Shown: positions 24,095 to 37,603, counted from the stretch's first letter. The stretch is DNA of 64,000 nt from Planktothrix sp. GU0601_MAG3 (GCA_035193785.1 CP136572.1:3796578-3860577), one strand, 5' to 3'. The notes: generated by a model not told the origin, from the sequence alone. Translations and numbers: made by a program.

Positions 24095-25001
24095 CTAGGT
24101 TCTGTGCATTATTTATCCGATTACTCGTAGTTATCGTACTTTTTGCAGAGTGTTTTACACACCAAGAGTTTTTTGTCTGCCCCTCCCTATACATTTTACG
24201 ATTATTACCCTGAAATTTTGACATTTTTTAATGAAAATTAAAAAAAGGTTAACAAACCTGCTCCATAGATTTTCGATGGATGTCAGTTTGGGACAAAAAT
24301 TGATGTGATCAGGAATATCCTTGTCTGAGGATATTTATTTTTTAAAAAGGAATATTAACATTATTATCAATATTCTAAAGGAGTTTACCCAGTCTTACCG
24401 GAGATTCCCTGACTCTAATGCGAGTAGGAGCGCATTGATCTTAGAAAGGATCAATCCAATTAAGGGCTTTTGCCGATCATACTTTTTCCGTCTATCCCTA
24501 AAATAAGCTCTTTTTTTTTGAAGTTCAATAATAATTATTTATTTATTATTAAACCGTGTGCTAAGTTTAATTATGTAAAAATATTCCTATTGATGACTAG
24601 ACAAATAACCCTTGATTCTGGTATAATATGTCCGACATCAGCTTTAAGTTCTGTATTTACTAAATTTGTTCTAGGTTTAAGATAAATTGGGGCAAGATAT
24701 CCTCTTCTGATCAGGTGCAGGGATTTTCTAATATTTCCACTGCTTGATTGATCCGATAAATTTCTAACGTTTTTGTTTGAGGGTTGATCAACCATCCGAA
24801 AAGAGTTCCATTTTCTTGATATGACTTCATTTTATTTTGATCTGACAAAGTTTAAAAAACTGTTCATTAGTCAGAGCAATATTTTCTAAGTATCAGGTGA
24901 ATTTGGTCATAATTATTTGTTTTAGGGTGATTTTAAACCAAAACTATTATAGCGGTAATTAATATAATCCTGGAAAATTAAATCTTTTTTAGCAATTTTC
25001 T

Positions 25002-25754
25002 ATGAATCAGAAAAAAAGAGTCTTGATTTTGGGAGGAACTACCGAAGCGGTGGCAATAGCAACTCAAATTAATCAAATCCCGGGTGTGGATGCGATCGCC
25101 TCCTTGGCAGGTCGAACTCAGCAACCCGTCACCCAAACTAACCCAGTTTCCTCTCGCATTGGAGGGTTTGGGGGAGTGGCTGGATTAGCAAACTATCTAC
25201 GCCAGGAACACATTGATTTGGTAATTGATGCCACCCATCCCTTTGCCGCCCAAATTTCCTTTAATGCTGCCCAAGCCGCCTCCGAATGTGGTATTCCCCG
25301 ATTAATGCTAATTCGTCCCGCTTGGAAAGCAGTATTAGGAGATCATTGGATTGAGGTAGACACAAATCAATTGGCGGCCAAGACTTTACCCGGGTTAGCT
25401 GAACGCATATTTCTTACCATTGGTCGGCAAGAACTCCCCGCCTATGCCCAGGTAAAAAATATCTGGTTTTTGATGCGGATGATTGACCCTGCTGAACCAG
25501 ATTTACCCATACCCCCCGGACAGTTAATTTTGCAACGGGGGCCGTTTTCTTTAGAGTCGGAGCGAGTGCTTTTACAAGAACATCAAATCGGGGCAATTGT
25601 TAGTAAAAATAGCGGGGGTGATGCCACATATCCCAAAATTATTGCCGCCCGGGAGTTAGGATTACCAGTTGTCATGGTGCAACGTCCCCCGTTTCCTGAA
25701 GGGGAGACCGTTACAGATGTAGAAAGTGTGATCTCCTGGGTGAAAAACCAATAA
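25002..25754 (+). CDS. cobK: Cobalt-precorrin-6A reductase
   Basis: LILGGTTEA, GGFGG, IDATHPFAAQIS, VSKNSGG. Confidence 0.93.
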   Translation: MNQKKRVLILGGTTEAVAIATQINQIPGVDAIASLAGRTQQPVTQTNPVSSRIGGFGGVAGLANYLRQEHIDLVIDATHPFAAQISFNAAQAASECGIPRLMLIRPAWKAVLGDHWIEVDTNQLAAKTLPGLAERIFLTIGRQELPAYAQVKNIWFLMRMIDPAEPDLPIPPGQLILQRGPFSLESERVLLQEHQIGAIVSKNSGGDATYPKIIAARELGLPVVMVQRPPFPEGETVTDVESVISWVKNQ

Positions 25755-25791
25755 TTAAATAATCAGACTCAATGAAATTATTTATAATCTG

Positions 25792-26316
25792 TCAATAACG
25801 TTTGTGAATCGATTTACATTCCCAAAAAAGTCCCGGCCCAACCGTCAAAACTTGCTCAGTGGGCATGAACAATTCCCAATAGGCAAGCCCAGAATTATCT
25901 TGCAAGTCTGGCTCTAAAATAAGTTGGTAATTACCCTCAAATAAGAGGGTGAGACTAATATTCTGAGCATCAACCACAAGATTAATCAATTCTTTGTTTT
26001 CCAACGATTGCTGCAAAAGTTTTTTGACAGTATCCATTTCTGCATCTATATTAACTTGTAAGGTAGAAGTTAAAACTTGATCTCCTTGCTGGAAAATCCA
26101 AGGTGTTGCCCTGGTGCCAAATTGCCAACTTCCTTTGCGTAAATGTTTCAATTTAGGGTGACTATAGGCAGACATTTCACCAAAATCTAGCCTTAATTCA
26201 TCCCCATAACTTAATTTAACCTGATGACAAATTTCTCCAATGATAGGTTTTGTAATCACTGAAATAATTTGCTCCAGATTTGGCTGTAAATTAGCAAGAG
26301 ATTTCTGAGTAACCAT
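25792..26316 (-). CDS. Hypothetical protein (174 aa)
   Basis: MVTQKSLANL... starts just after the corrected cbiET stop; fused to it in the ORF track only by the frameshift. Confidence 0.7.
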   Translation of the reverse strand: MVTQKSLANLQPNLEQIISVITKPIIGEICHQVKLSYGDELRLDFGEMSAYSHPKLKHLRKGSWQFGTRATPWIFQQGDQVLTSTLQVNIDAEMDTVKKLLQQSLENKELINLVVDAQNISLTLLFEGNYQLILEPDLQDNSGLAYWELFMPTEQVLTVGPGLFWECKSIHKRY

Positions 26317-26324
26317 TAAAGGTG

Positions 26325-27556
26325 TCAATAGGGTTTTAAAACAACCCATTGAGTGACGGGAGCCATGGCTTTCCAGCCTAAAAATTTGCCTATGGGTTTC
26401 AGCCCTTTGAATCCCGATGCGGATTAGTTCTCCCCCCAATTGACCGTACCATTGAAAGATCATTAATTCGCTTTCTACGGTGACAGCATTGGCAACCAAA
26501 CGACCGCCCGATGGTAAGGCTTGCCAACAGGTTTCTAAAAGTTCGGGGACTGTAATTCCGCCCCCAATAAAAATAGCATTGGGTTGGGGTAAATCTTGGA
26601 GGGCACTCGGTGCTTTTCCCGCCACAATTTTGAGGTTAGGAGTTCCCAAGGCCGTTGCATTATCAGCAATATATTGTAATCGGGTGGGGTGCTGTTCGAT
26701 CGCAATACCTTGGCAACGGCGATCGCTGCGCATCCACTCAATCCCAATGGAGCCACAACCCGCCCCCACATCCCAGAGCAGTTGTCCGGGTAGGGGAGCT
26801 AGGGCCGCCAGGGTAATTGCCCGTACTTCCCTTTTGGTTAGCTGTCCGTCATGGCGATAGGCGATATCGGGCAGTCCCGGGAGTCGAGGGGGGAGGGAGA
26901 GGGGTTGGGAGGAAATACAGGTAATAGCGATCGCATTCAAATCCGCGATATCCGTGGCATTCCAACCGCAGGCAATCCCTTCAATTCGGCGTTCTCTGGT
27001 TCCCCCCAGATGTTCCAAAACCACCATCGGACTCTCGCCAAAGCCCTGTTGCGTTAGCAGTTGGGCGACCATCATGGGAGTCTGTCGATTAGCACTCAGC
27101 ACCAACAGTTTAGCTCCCGGATACAGCACCGCATTCAACAAAGTCGGCGGGCGACCACATAAACTTAATGTTTCTACCTCCGTAAGCGACCAACCCAAAC
27201 GGCTACAGGCGAGGCTAAAGGTAGACGGAGATGGAATAATTATTATTTCGTTGATCGGAATATGACGAGTCAGGGTCACACCAATGCCATAACACATTGG
27301 ATCACCACTAGCTAAAACACAAACAGCTTGACCGCGACGGCGGATAATCTCATAAATCGAATCTTCAATGGGTGAATTCCAGAGGAGTTTTTCTCGTTTA
27401 TCTACTTGGGGTAGCATGGCAAGATGACGTTTCACCCCCAACAATCACAGAAGCGCGGGAAAGGAGACTTCGCCCCACGGAGGTTAATTCTTCGAGTCCA
27501 TTTTCCCCTATTCCCACAACCGATAGCCATGGATGTAGCTGATCCCCAACACTCAT
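26325..27556 (-). CDS. cobL: Precorrin-6Y C5,15-methyltransferase CbiE/CbiT (CobL); frameshifts at 27429 and 26396
   Basis: WLSVVGIGENG, VLASGDPM, GQLTKREVRA, LWDVGAGCGSIGIE; corrected end GWKAMAPVTQWVVLKPY*. Confidence 0.92.
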
Positions 27557-27634
27557 AATCAAAAAAGATTGATGTTATAAAAAATTATACTGAAACCTTA
27601 TTTGTTTTTCATTCCTAATATTCCCAAAAACAGC

Positions 27635-27667
27635 AAAAAACGCCCCCCTGGCGGAGAGCGTCTTTTG
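27635..27667 (-). terminator. psbA terminator hairpin
   Basis: aaaaaacgcccccctggcggagagcgtctttt; identical copy after the second psbA. Confidence 0.75.
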
Positions 27668-27685
27668 TATTATTTAGGTTAAGAA

Positions 27686-28768
27686 TTAACCATTAATTTG
27701 AGGAGCAACCAAAGCCACAGGAGCAGATTCACCAGAAGCTAAGTCTAAGGGGAAGTTGTGAGCGTTGCGCTCGTGCATGACTTCCATACCCAGGTTAGCC
27801 CGGTTTAACACATCAGCCCAGGTATTGATCACGCGACCGGTAGAGTCGATGATCGACTGGTTGAAGTTGAAACCGTTCAGGTTGAAGGCCATGGTGGATA
27901 CACCTAAAGCGGTGAACCAAATCCCAATCACGGGCCATGCACCTAATAAGAAGTGTAAGCTACGGCTGTTGTTGAAGCTGGCATATTGGAAGATTAAACG
28001 ACCAAAGTAACCGTGGGCTGCAACGATGTTGTAGGTTTCTTCTTCTTGACCGAATTTGTAACCGTAGTTTTGTGATTCGACTTCTGTGGTTTCACGAACC
28101 AAGGAAGAGGTAACTAAAGAACCGTGCATGGCGGAGAATAAACTACCACCAAACACCCCGGCAACTCCCAACATGTGGAAGGGGTGCATCAGGATGTTGT
28201 GTTCGGCTTGGAACACTAACATGAAGTTGAAGGTTCCAGAGATGCCTAAGGGCATACCGTCGGAGAAAGAACCTTGACCGATGGGGTAGATCAGGAACAC
28301 GGCGGCTGCTGCTGCAACGGGTGCAGAGTAGGCGACGCAGATCCAAGGACGCATCCCTAAGCGGTAGGATAATTCCCATTCACGACCCATGTAGCACAGA
28401 ATGCCAATGAAGAAGTGGAATATCACCAACTGGTAAGGGCCGCCGTTGTACAGCCACTCGTCTAAGCTGGCTGCTTCCCAGATTGGGTAGAAGTGTAAAC
28501 CGATGGCGTTAGAGGAAGGAACAACTGCACCAGAGATGATGTTGTTTCCGTATAACAGTGAACCAGCTACGGGTTCACGGATACCGTCGATGTCTACTGG
28601 GGGAGCCGCTACGAAGGCGATAATGTAGCAGATGGTGGCGGTCAACAGGGTAGGGATCATCAGAACACCGAACCAACCGATATAAATCCGGTTGTTGGTG
28701 GATGTCACCCAGTTACAGAACCGTTCCCAGATAGAGGCGCTTTCGCGCTGCTGAATCGTGGTTGTCAT
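27686..28768 (-). CDS. psbA: Photosystem II D1 protein, Glu130 form
   Basis: Full 360-aa D1; [23 protein letters not shown]. Confidence 0.99.
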   Translation of the reverse strand: MTTTIQQRESASIWERFCNWVTSTNNRIYIGWFGVLMIPTLLTATICYIIAFVAAPPVDIDGIREPVAGSLLYGNNIISGAVVPSSNAIGLHFYPIWEAASLDEWLYNGGPYQLVIFHFFIGILCYMGREWELSYRLGMRPWICVAYSAPVAAAAAVFLIYPIGQGSFSDGMPLGISGTFNFMLVFQAEHNILMHPFHMLGVAGVFGGSLFSAMHGSLVTSSLVRETTEVESQNYGYKFGQEEETYNIVAAHGYFGRLIFQYASFNNSRSLHFLLGAWPVIGIWFTALGVSTMAFNLNGFNFNQSIIDSTGRVINTWADVLNRANLGMEVMHERNAHNFPLDLASGESAPVALVAPQING

Positions 28769-28962
28769 GTTAGGTATGATTGCTATGTATTTTTCGAGGT
28801 TCGTCGGTAGTTGTTTTCTTACCTTGATTACTAATATGACACAGATGATTGCGTTTTGTAAAGAGGTTTTAATAAAACTTTCCTAATGTATGTAATCAGG
28901 AAATCTTATCTTTTGACTTTTACTATGTCGGAGTAGGGGCAAGATCCCCTTTCCCAAAGAAT

Positions 28963-29353
<391 letters not shown>

Positions 29354-29518
29354 TTATCGTCTTTTGGGAGCAAATTCGAGACAATCTTTATAATATTTTT
29401 CTAAACCCGTCCCCATTGATGGCTGATCGGTCAGAAATCCTGAATATATTAAGTAATAGTAACGTGGGTTCGACGGAGTATGATGGATCGCACCCCCAGG
29501 GTAAAAATATTAAACAGC

Positions 29519-29551
29519 AAAAAACGCCCCCCTGGCGGAGAGCGTCTTTTG
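29519..29551 (-). terminator. psbA terminator hairpin (second copy)
   Basis: Identical to 27635-27667. Confidence 0.75.
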
Positions 29552-29569
29552 TATTATTTAGGTTAAGAA

Positions 29570-30653
<1,084 letters not shown>

Positions 30654-30707
30654 GTTGGTTATGATTGCTATGTATTTGTCGAGGTACGTTTGGTATCTAT
30701 GTCTACT

Positions 30708-30736
30708 ACATTAACGGCTTTATTGCGGTTTGTAAA
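30708..30736 (-). promoter_or_regulatory. Putative psbA promoter
   Basis: Minus strand TTTACA-N17-TAATGT; the first copy has TTTACA-N18-CATATT at 28833-28862. Confidence 0.5.
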
Positions 30737-31289
30737 GTGTTTTGACATCAGGGTTTTGCATACAAGTCATAAGTTTTATTAATGTTATGGCTCTATTCCC
30801 TAACCTGTATGGGGTTTGACCCGAAATCAACAAAAAATGCCCCCTTCCCTGTGCAGGGCTGTTTTAAAGTCGGGTCAGAATGAGTAAATGATGCCTGTCG
30901 CCCAGGGGCGCATCGCTACCTAATAGATATAGATAAATCTTTTATAGAAAAATTGATGGCCGATCGGTCAGACGTCCTGAATATATAGGTAATATTAGGG
31001 TGCGGAGGCAGAGTACACGCACCACTCCCTAATCAATTTCCCCTAATTATCCCCTAACCACCACAAAAATAAACACAAACAACCCGATTAATAAAAGCCA
31101 TAAAATTCTCTCTCCATTATCAACGGTTTGCTGTTTTTCTAACCTAAATACACAACCATTTTTTAAACAAACTGCTTGGTTTTCTGACGTTTTTCTGAGT
31201 TTACAACCGACTTGAGTACAGGACATAATACTAACTCCTATTAAGATGATCTCCCCTAACCCCCTTAAAAGTGGGGGGATAAGAGTTGA

Positions 31290-32177
31290 TTAGTTTGCTT
31301 TTGATAACGTTGGGTTTTTGAGGGTAGGACAGTTGTATAAAAGAACGGCAATTAATAACAAAGTGATCGCAGTTCCTTGTAATAAGCTGACGGGTTTTTG
31401 ATCAACTAAAACCGCAACAATAAACTGGACAACCGGAGAAAGTACCCCCAACATTCCCACCTGAGCACAGTCGATTATTTGAGAGGCTTTTGATTGTAAA
31501 AAACTAGCGCTAGTTGCTAAAGCACATCCGCCACCCAATACTAAGAAAGCACTGGAATTAACAGCCGTTAAGGGTTGAACATTAGCCGGAAAAACACTAT
31601 TGAAAATTACAATTAAAACCCCGGCAATTAGGCTTTGTTCCAGCCAACTGTAAGCAATGGGGTTATCGACCATTTTTAAAGCGTGTTTGCGTTCACATAA
31701 ATACAGCCCCCAAGTTAACGCGATGAATACTGCAAAATGGGGGATTTCTTGAGCTTCATAGAAGAAAATAATTGCTGAAAACACGGAAATTCCTACACAA
31801 AACCGTTTAATTATGTTAAGTTTTTCTCCTAACAAAATTGTTGATAAAACGGCTGTTGCTGCGGGGGCGAGGAACATTCCGATGGCGGCTTCTACTTGAT
31901 GTCCCAGAGCGATCGCACCCATGAAAAAGCCTAAATGGGTAGCTAAATAAAAGGCAGGTTTAGCGACTTTTGCAATAACTTTTAAGCTGAATTGACGGAC
32001 TGTTACCCATTGACCTGTGATTAATAAAATCCCTCCTAAAATGGCAAAGGTGAATAGGCAGCGATAGCTAATTAAATGCAGTGTCGGGAGGGATACAAAC
32101 CGCCAGAATAAAGGCAGCAAACCATAAAAGAAAGGAGCGATAATGGCATAGACAATACCAATTAATTTCTGTCGCAT
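31290..32177 (-). CDS. EamA/RarD family DMT transporter
   Basis: About 10 hydrophobic helices, GLLPLFW, EAAIGMFLAP, LLGEKL, PVVQFIVAV. Confidence 0.75.
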   Translation of the reverse strand: MRQKLIGIVYAIIAPFFYGLLPLFWRFVSLPTLHLISYRCLFTFAILGGILLITGQWVTVRQFSLKVIAKVAKPAFYLATHLGFFMGAIALGHQVEAAIGMFLAPAATAVLSTILLGEKLNIIKRFCVGISVFSAIIFFYEAQEIPHFAVFIALTWGLYLCERKHALKMVDNPIAYSWLEQSLIAGVLIVIFNSVFPANVQPLTAVNSSAFLVLGGGCALATSASFLQSKASQIIDCAQVGMLGVLSPVVQFIVAVLVDQKPVSLLQGTAITLLLIAVLLYNCPTLKNPTLSKAN

Positions 32178-32356
32178 GGTGGGTTTCTCTTTAACTCTGA
32201 AACCACACTAGGTAAAATCATTAGTGCAGTAACAGAGCAAAACAAAGCAGTTTAAACTGCCCTATTCTGCACCCCTCTAATTTCACTAAAAAACCTAGTT
32301 AAAAAAACTAGGTTTGAGTTAAAATAAAGTTTAGAGATTAAGGATATAAACCTGAC

Positions 32357-32626
32357 TCAATTTTCGGTTTCCAGCAAATCACTCAAATGATTAATGATAA
32401 TTTCTCGGTCAGGAAAACGAGCTTTAATAATTAATTCACCTCCCATTGTTGAAATCACCTCTCGTAAATGATTAACATAGAGATCGGTTTGTTTTTCTAA
32501 AAATGCTTGTTGTAATTCATTTAACTCTATTTTTTGCTTAAGTTGGGCTGTTTTTTGATCAATTTTAGCTTTTCTTTCAGGTGAAATATTATCAATGAGT
32601 TGGTTAAATTTATGATGTCCTGTCAT
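32357..32626 (-). CDS. HigA/XRE-type antitoxin, HTH core apparently missing
   Basis: SPERKAKI, EKQTDLYV..LREVISTMGGELIIKARFPD; overlaps the toxin stop. Confidence 0.7.
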   Translation of the reverse strand: MTGHHKFNQLIDNISPERKAKIDQKTAQLKQKIELNELQQAFLEKQTDLYVNHLREVISTMGGELIIKARFPDREIIINHLSDLLETEN

Positions 32627-32982
32627 AATAAACCCTCCTGTTGTAGTTCTTCAAGATATTGATCGTACAGTCGATCAGCGATCGGGATATACTTATCATA
32701 AAACCGATTATCGCCTGTTTTATCACCTCCAATTAATAATATCGCTGTGCGTCGAGGATCGAAAGCATAAAAAATTCTCAAGGGATTTCCTCCACTTTGG
32801 ATGCGTAATTCTCTGAGATGAGAATGTTTGGAAGCATTGACTCCAGAAGAATAAGGAAAGGGTAAATTAGGCCCTTTTTCTTCTAGTAACAGGACAACAC
32901 TAATAATGTTATCCTGTTGGGGTTCACCCAGAACATCCCACCATTGGCGAAATTCATCGGTATATTCTATCTCCCAAGTCAC
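32623..32982 (-). CDS. RelE/HigB (Gp49-like) toxin
   Basis: WEIEYTDEF..W, GPNLPFPYS, LRELRIQ..PLRIFYAFDPRRTAILLIGGDK. Confidence 0.9.
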   Translation of the reverse strand: MTWEIEYTDEFRQWWDVLGEPQQDNIISVVLLLEEKGPNLPFPYSSGVNASKHSHLRELRIQSGGNPLRIFYAFDPRRTAILLIGGDKTGDNRFYDKYIPIADRLYDQYLEELQQEGLL

Positions 32983-33133
32983 GTTTCTGATTTAGCTCTC
33001 TAATGTTTTCTCAATTTTAAGCTAGAATTTATTCATTATAGCAATTCACCTAAATTGATCTTTCTACCCTTGCTAATTAGACGGATTTGAGATAATATTA
33101 AAAATAGCAAGAAAAACCTAGACTTGTTAAAAA

Positions 33134-36100
33134 ATGTCTACATCTCGCAGTGTTGCCGCTACTTCTGAGGGAATCGCTAAAATTAAAGCGAGAATGGTTG
33201 AACTGGAAAAGGAAATTCCCGAAGGAAAAACGGGAAAAAGTTGCTGGACAAACGAGTATTTAGCTGGAGAAGCTAAGGTGAGTTTAGACACGGTTAAACG
33301 GTTTTTGAAAGGAATTGCTATTGATAAAGGTTATGCGATCACAATCGTAAAAGCGTTAAACTTAAAATTAGAAGATATTGTCAATATTCCCAAACCCGAA
33401 CCTGAAACCACCAAAACCTAATACTATTGACTGGCATCAAATTTGTGAATCTCGCATCGAAGCCTACGAAAAAAGCTTTCTTAAGAATAACCCGTTAACG
33501 GGGATCAATTTTTATGTGCCTTTGGGGTTAGTGGAACCGAAACGGGAACAGGAAAAACGACAAAAACAGGAAGTTAACCCAGAGGACGGGTCACAATTTT
33601 ATCAATTAGCGGAAACGGAAATTACCAAAACCTATAACGAACCTAATCAATTTTTTGAGGAGGTTTTACGACAGGGAAATAGTAAAAGTAAAGGTAAACG
33701 TTTGGCAATTATTGGGGAACCTGGGGCGGGAAAAACAACGTTATCATATCAAATTGCTCGATGGATTTTACAGGAAAATTTAGGTTATCCGATTTTAATT
33801 CGGTTGGCGGATGTTGATAAACCGATACGAGATTATTTAACTCAAAATTGGTTACGCGATGCGAAGGGAACTTTAACGGGGGTTTCGCCGGAATGGGTGG
33901 CTGGTTTTGAAAGGTTGATTACAAAAAAACAAAATTCTTCGGCGGTTAAAACCACATTTGTCCGCGAAGGCGGACATCGTTTGTGTAGCCGCGAATTGCA
34001 TTCGCCGGATACTTCTTCGGCGGATTATTCGGCGGATTATTCGGCGGATTATTCGGCGGTTGAAACCGCGTCTACACAGACAAAACCCGCCTGCGCGGGT
34101 TCGGAAATTGTGCCATTTTCTCAACAGGTTTTCTTACTCCTCGACGCCGTTGATGAAATGGGGATAACGTCACCTTTGGTAACAATTAATCAACAGTTGG
34201 CGGAAGGATGGACGCAGGGGTTACGGGTGGTGTTGACCTGTCGGTTGAATGTTTGGGAGGGGGAGAAAAACGCTTTAAGGGATTTTGATGTTTATCGCAA
34301 TTTAGATTTTAATTCCCAACAGATTCAGGAATTTATTGAACAATGGTTTAAGGATAAAACCCAGAGTCAGGAGTTATTAAAACAGTTAAAGGAAACCAAC
34401 CAAAACCGAATTAATGATTTAATTAAAAATCCCCTGCGGTTAGCGTTATTATGTCGGACTTGGAAACGGGGGCAAAAATTACCGGAAACCCAAGCGGGAC
34501 TTTATCAACGGTTGGTTAATAGTCATTATCAATGGAAGGATGAACAGAAACCGTTTCAAATTCTATTAGAGGTGCAAGAATGTCTCCATCAACAGTTAGG
34601 AGAATTAGCAAAAACGGCGATAAACCGTGAACAATTTCGGTTTCGTTTAGAGGAAAAATTTGTTGAACAGTATTTAGGAAAACCGCAACGGGAAAATTCT
34701 CTATTTGATTGGGCGTTAAAATTAGGATGGTTAAATCGGGTGGGGTTAGCATCGGTTGAGGAAAAGGATTCAGACCAAGCGGTTTATGCCTTTTTCCATC
34801 CGACGTTTCAGGAATATTTTGCAGCTTTAGGGATTAACGATTGGGATTATTTTTTACCTCGAAATCATGTCAATTGTCCGGTGGAGGGGAAAGAGTATCG
34901 GATTTTTCAACCCCAATGGAAACAGGTGATTTTATTATGGTTGGGGCGGGATGATGTGGAGTCAGTGGAGAAAGAGGCGTTTATTCAGAAGTTAGTTAGC
35001 TTTGATGATGGGTGTGGAGATAGTAATTTTTATGGGGATCGTGCCTATTTTTTAGCTGCTGCGGGAATTAATGAGTTTAAAGAATGCAGTTTATCTGATG
35101 CAATTGTAGAACGGATTGTTAAATTGGGTTATGGTGATTTTAATATTGAGGAGCGACAAGAATTGATAATATTTTTTTCTTCAATTAAGGAAGTTGTAAT
35201 GACAGTATTACTAGAGACAATAAGAGAAAAAGTGATCGCTAATTTAAGTCAAATATTAGAAAACACTGAGAATGAAGATAGTCGCAGGACGATTGCTTAT
35301 AAGTTAGGAAAAATTGCTGTTGGAAATGAGTTAGCAATAACAGCGTTAATTCGGGCTTTAGAAACCACTGAATTTGCATTTAATCGCATGAGATTTGCCG
35401 AAATTTTAGGGGAAATTGGTGTTGGGAATGAGTTAGCAATAGCAGCGTTAATTCGGATTTTAGAAACTACTGAGCTTGAATATTATCGCGTGAGATTTGC
35501 CGAAATTCTAGGAAAAATTTACCCTGGAAATGAGTTACCATTACGGGAGTTAATCAGAGTCTTAGAAACCACTAAGGATAAATATACTCGCAGGGCAATT
35601 GCCGAGAGTTTAGGGAAAATCGACCCTGGAAATGAGTTGGTAATAGGAGCGTTAATCCGAGTATTAGAAACCACTGAAGATGAAAAGATTCGCGCGGCGA
35701 TTGCCGGGAGTTTAGGAAAAATTGACCCTGGAAATAATTTAGCAATAGGGCAGTTAATCCGAGTATTAGAAACCACTGAGTTTGAAGTTATTCGCTGGAC
35801 GGTTGCCGAGAGCTTAGGGAAAATCGACCCTGGAAATGAGTTGGTAATAGGAGCGTTAATCCGAGTATTAGAAACCACTGAAGATGAAAAGATTCGCGCG
35901 GCGATTGCCGGGAGTTTAGGAAAAATTGACCCTGGAAATAATTTAGCAATAGGGCAGTTAATCCGAGTATTAGAAACCACTGAGTTTGAAGTTATTCGCT
36001 GGACGGTTGCCGAGAGCTTAGGGAAAATTGCCGTTGGGAATGGGTTAGCAATAGGAGCGTTAATTCGGTTTCTTAGAAACTACTGGGTTTGAATATACTC

Positions 36101-37603
36101 GCGGGACAGTTGCCGAGAGTTTAGGGAAAATTGACCCTGAAAATGAGTTAGCAATAGGGGCGTTAATTCGGGTCTTAGAAACCACTGAGTTTGAATTTAT
36201 TCGCGGGAAGTTTGCCGAGAGTTTAGGGAAAATTGCCGTTGGAAATGAGTTAGCAATAGCAGCGTTAATTCGGATTTTAGAAACTACTGAGTTTGAATTT
36301 ATTCGCTGGAAGGTTGCCGAGAGTTTAGGGGAAATTGGTGTTGGAAATGAGTTAGCAATAGGGGCGTTAATTCGGATTTTAGAAACTACTGAGGATAAAT
36401 ATACTCGCCGGAAGGTTGCCGAGAGTTTAGGGGAAATTGGTGTTGGAAATGAGTTAGCAATAGGGGCGTTAATTCGGTTCTTAGAAACCACTGAGTCTGA
36501 AGATACTTGCTGGACGTTTGCCAATATTTTAGGGAAAATTGCCGTTGGAAATGAGTTAGCAATAGGGGCGTTAATTCGTACTTTAGAAACCACTGAGCAG
36601 CAAAATACTCGCGAGAGGGTTGCCAATATTTTAGGGAAAATTGCTGTTGGAAATGAGTTAGCAATAGGGGCGTTAATTCGTACTTTAGAAACCACTGAGC
36701 AGCAAAATACTCGCGAGAGGGTTGCCAATATTTTAGGGAAAATTGACCCTGGGAATGAGTTAGCCATACAGGCATTAATTCAAATATTAGAAACCACTAA
36801 GAATACGAATAATCGCATGGATGTTGCCTATAGTTTAGAGAAAATTGCCATTGGAAATGAGTTAGCAATACGAGAGTTAATTCGGGTTTTAGAAACCACG
36901 AACAATAAAGATACTCGCTGGAAGGCTGCTAATAGTTTAGAGGAGATAATCAAAACAAAAAAACAATATCAATATGTAGTTTTTTCCCTCAACCATAACC
37001 TAACTGATGAAGTTTACAAGAATAATTTTGATCTCTTTTATAGATGCTATAAACTCCTCTGGAAATGCGCCCAAAATCTACCTTATCCCAAATTCTATCA
37101 AGCATGGCATCACAACACCCTCACCCCCCATCCTGAAATTGCCAATAATACCCCCGTTGGCAATACCCCAACGGTACGACAATTAGAACAACAATTCACC
37201 GATATTTGTAGCCAACTTCCTCACCTCCCCCTCCACTGCATCAACATCAATAAACTACTAACCCTCAACACCAAAAACGAATTTATCCAAGCATTTTGTA
37301 ACCGTCTTTATCAAAAACTCTTACCCGATGGAAACTCCCCCCGAAGTGCAGACCCCCGCTAACCTAGAAACCAAAATTATCCACCTGAAACAGCAACTCC
37401 AAACTCCTCATCTGTTCATTCTGTTACTCGCAGATGGGACACCCACCCCCGAAGTGATCGACTGTTGCGACTATCTCACGGACGTCTTACACCTCGGTTG
37501 GATAACTCCCGACCCCCTACCCTTACCACCCCCGCAACGTTCTTTTATGGTGTCCCAGGAGAATTTATTAGAAGCAGTTGAAAGTTGGGTTAGGGAATAT
37601 TAG
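33134..37603 (+). CDS. HTH-NACHT-HEAT repeat STAND protein, ~1488 aa (frameshifts at 33404, 36068, 37331)
   Basis: N-terminal XRE-like HTH, Walker A GEPGAGKT, Walker B FLLLDAVDE, NPLRLALLC, FFHPTFQEYFAA, 17 repeats of 34 aa. Confidence 0.88.
33934..34101. repeat. Palindromic repeat element inserted in frame within the NACHT domain
   Basis: Hairpins gtccgc-gaag-gcggac and aacccgc-ctgc-gcgggtt in inverted arms; 12-bp tandem ttcggcggatta. Confidence 0.8.
35250..36950 (+). repeat. 102-bp coding tandem repeats (HEAT-like, ~17 units)
   Basis: ttagaaaccactga recurs every 102 bp; exact 204-bp duplication at 35610-35813 / 35814-36017. Confidence 0.9.

Noticed and set aside
24095..25001. Cobalamin riboswitch or small genes upstream of cobK
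   Set aside because: No recognisable B12 box; the short ORFs are AT-rich, overlapping and motif-free; a covariance-model search would be needed to exclude an RNA
25792..27444. 550-aa CbiET fusion with a novel C-terminal domain
   Set aside because: Produced by the extra base at 26396; the corrected cbiET stops at 26325 and a separate ORF starts at 26316
35519..36775. Repetitive minus-strand ORFs (153, 235 and 129 aa)
   Set aside because: Antisense shadows of the HEAT repeats
35250..36950. CRISPR array or DGR variable region
   Set aside because: The 102-bp period is in-frame protein repeat with no unique spacers; no cas genes or template repeat are seen, and the only RT in the window belongs to a group II intron
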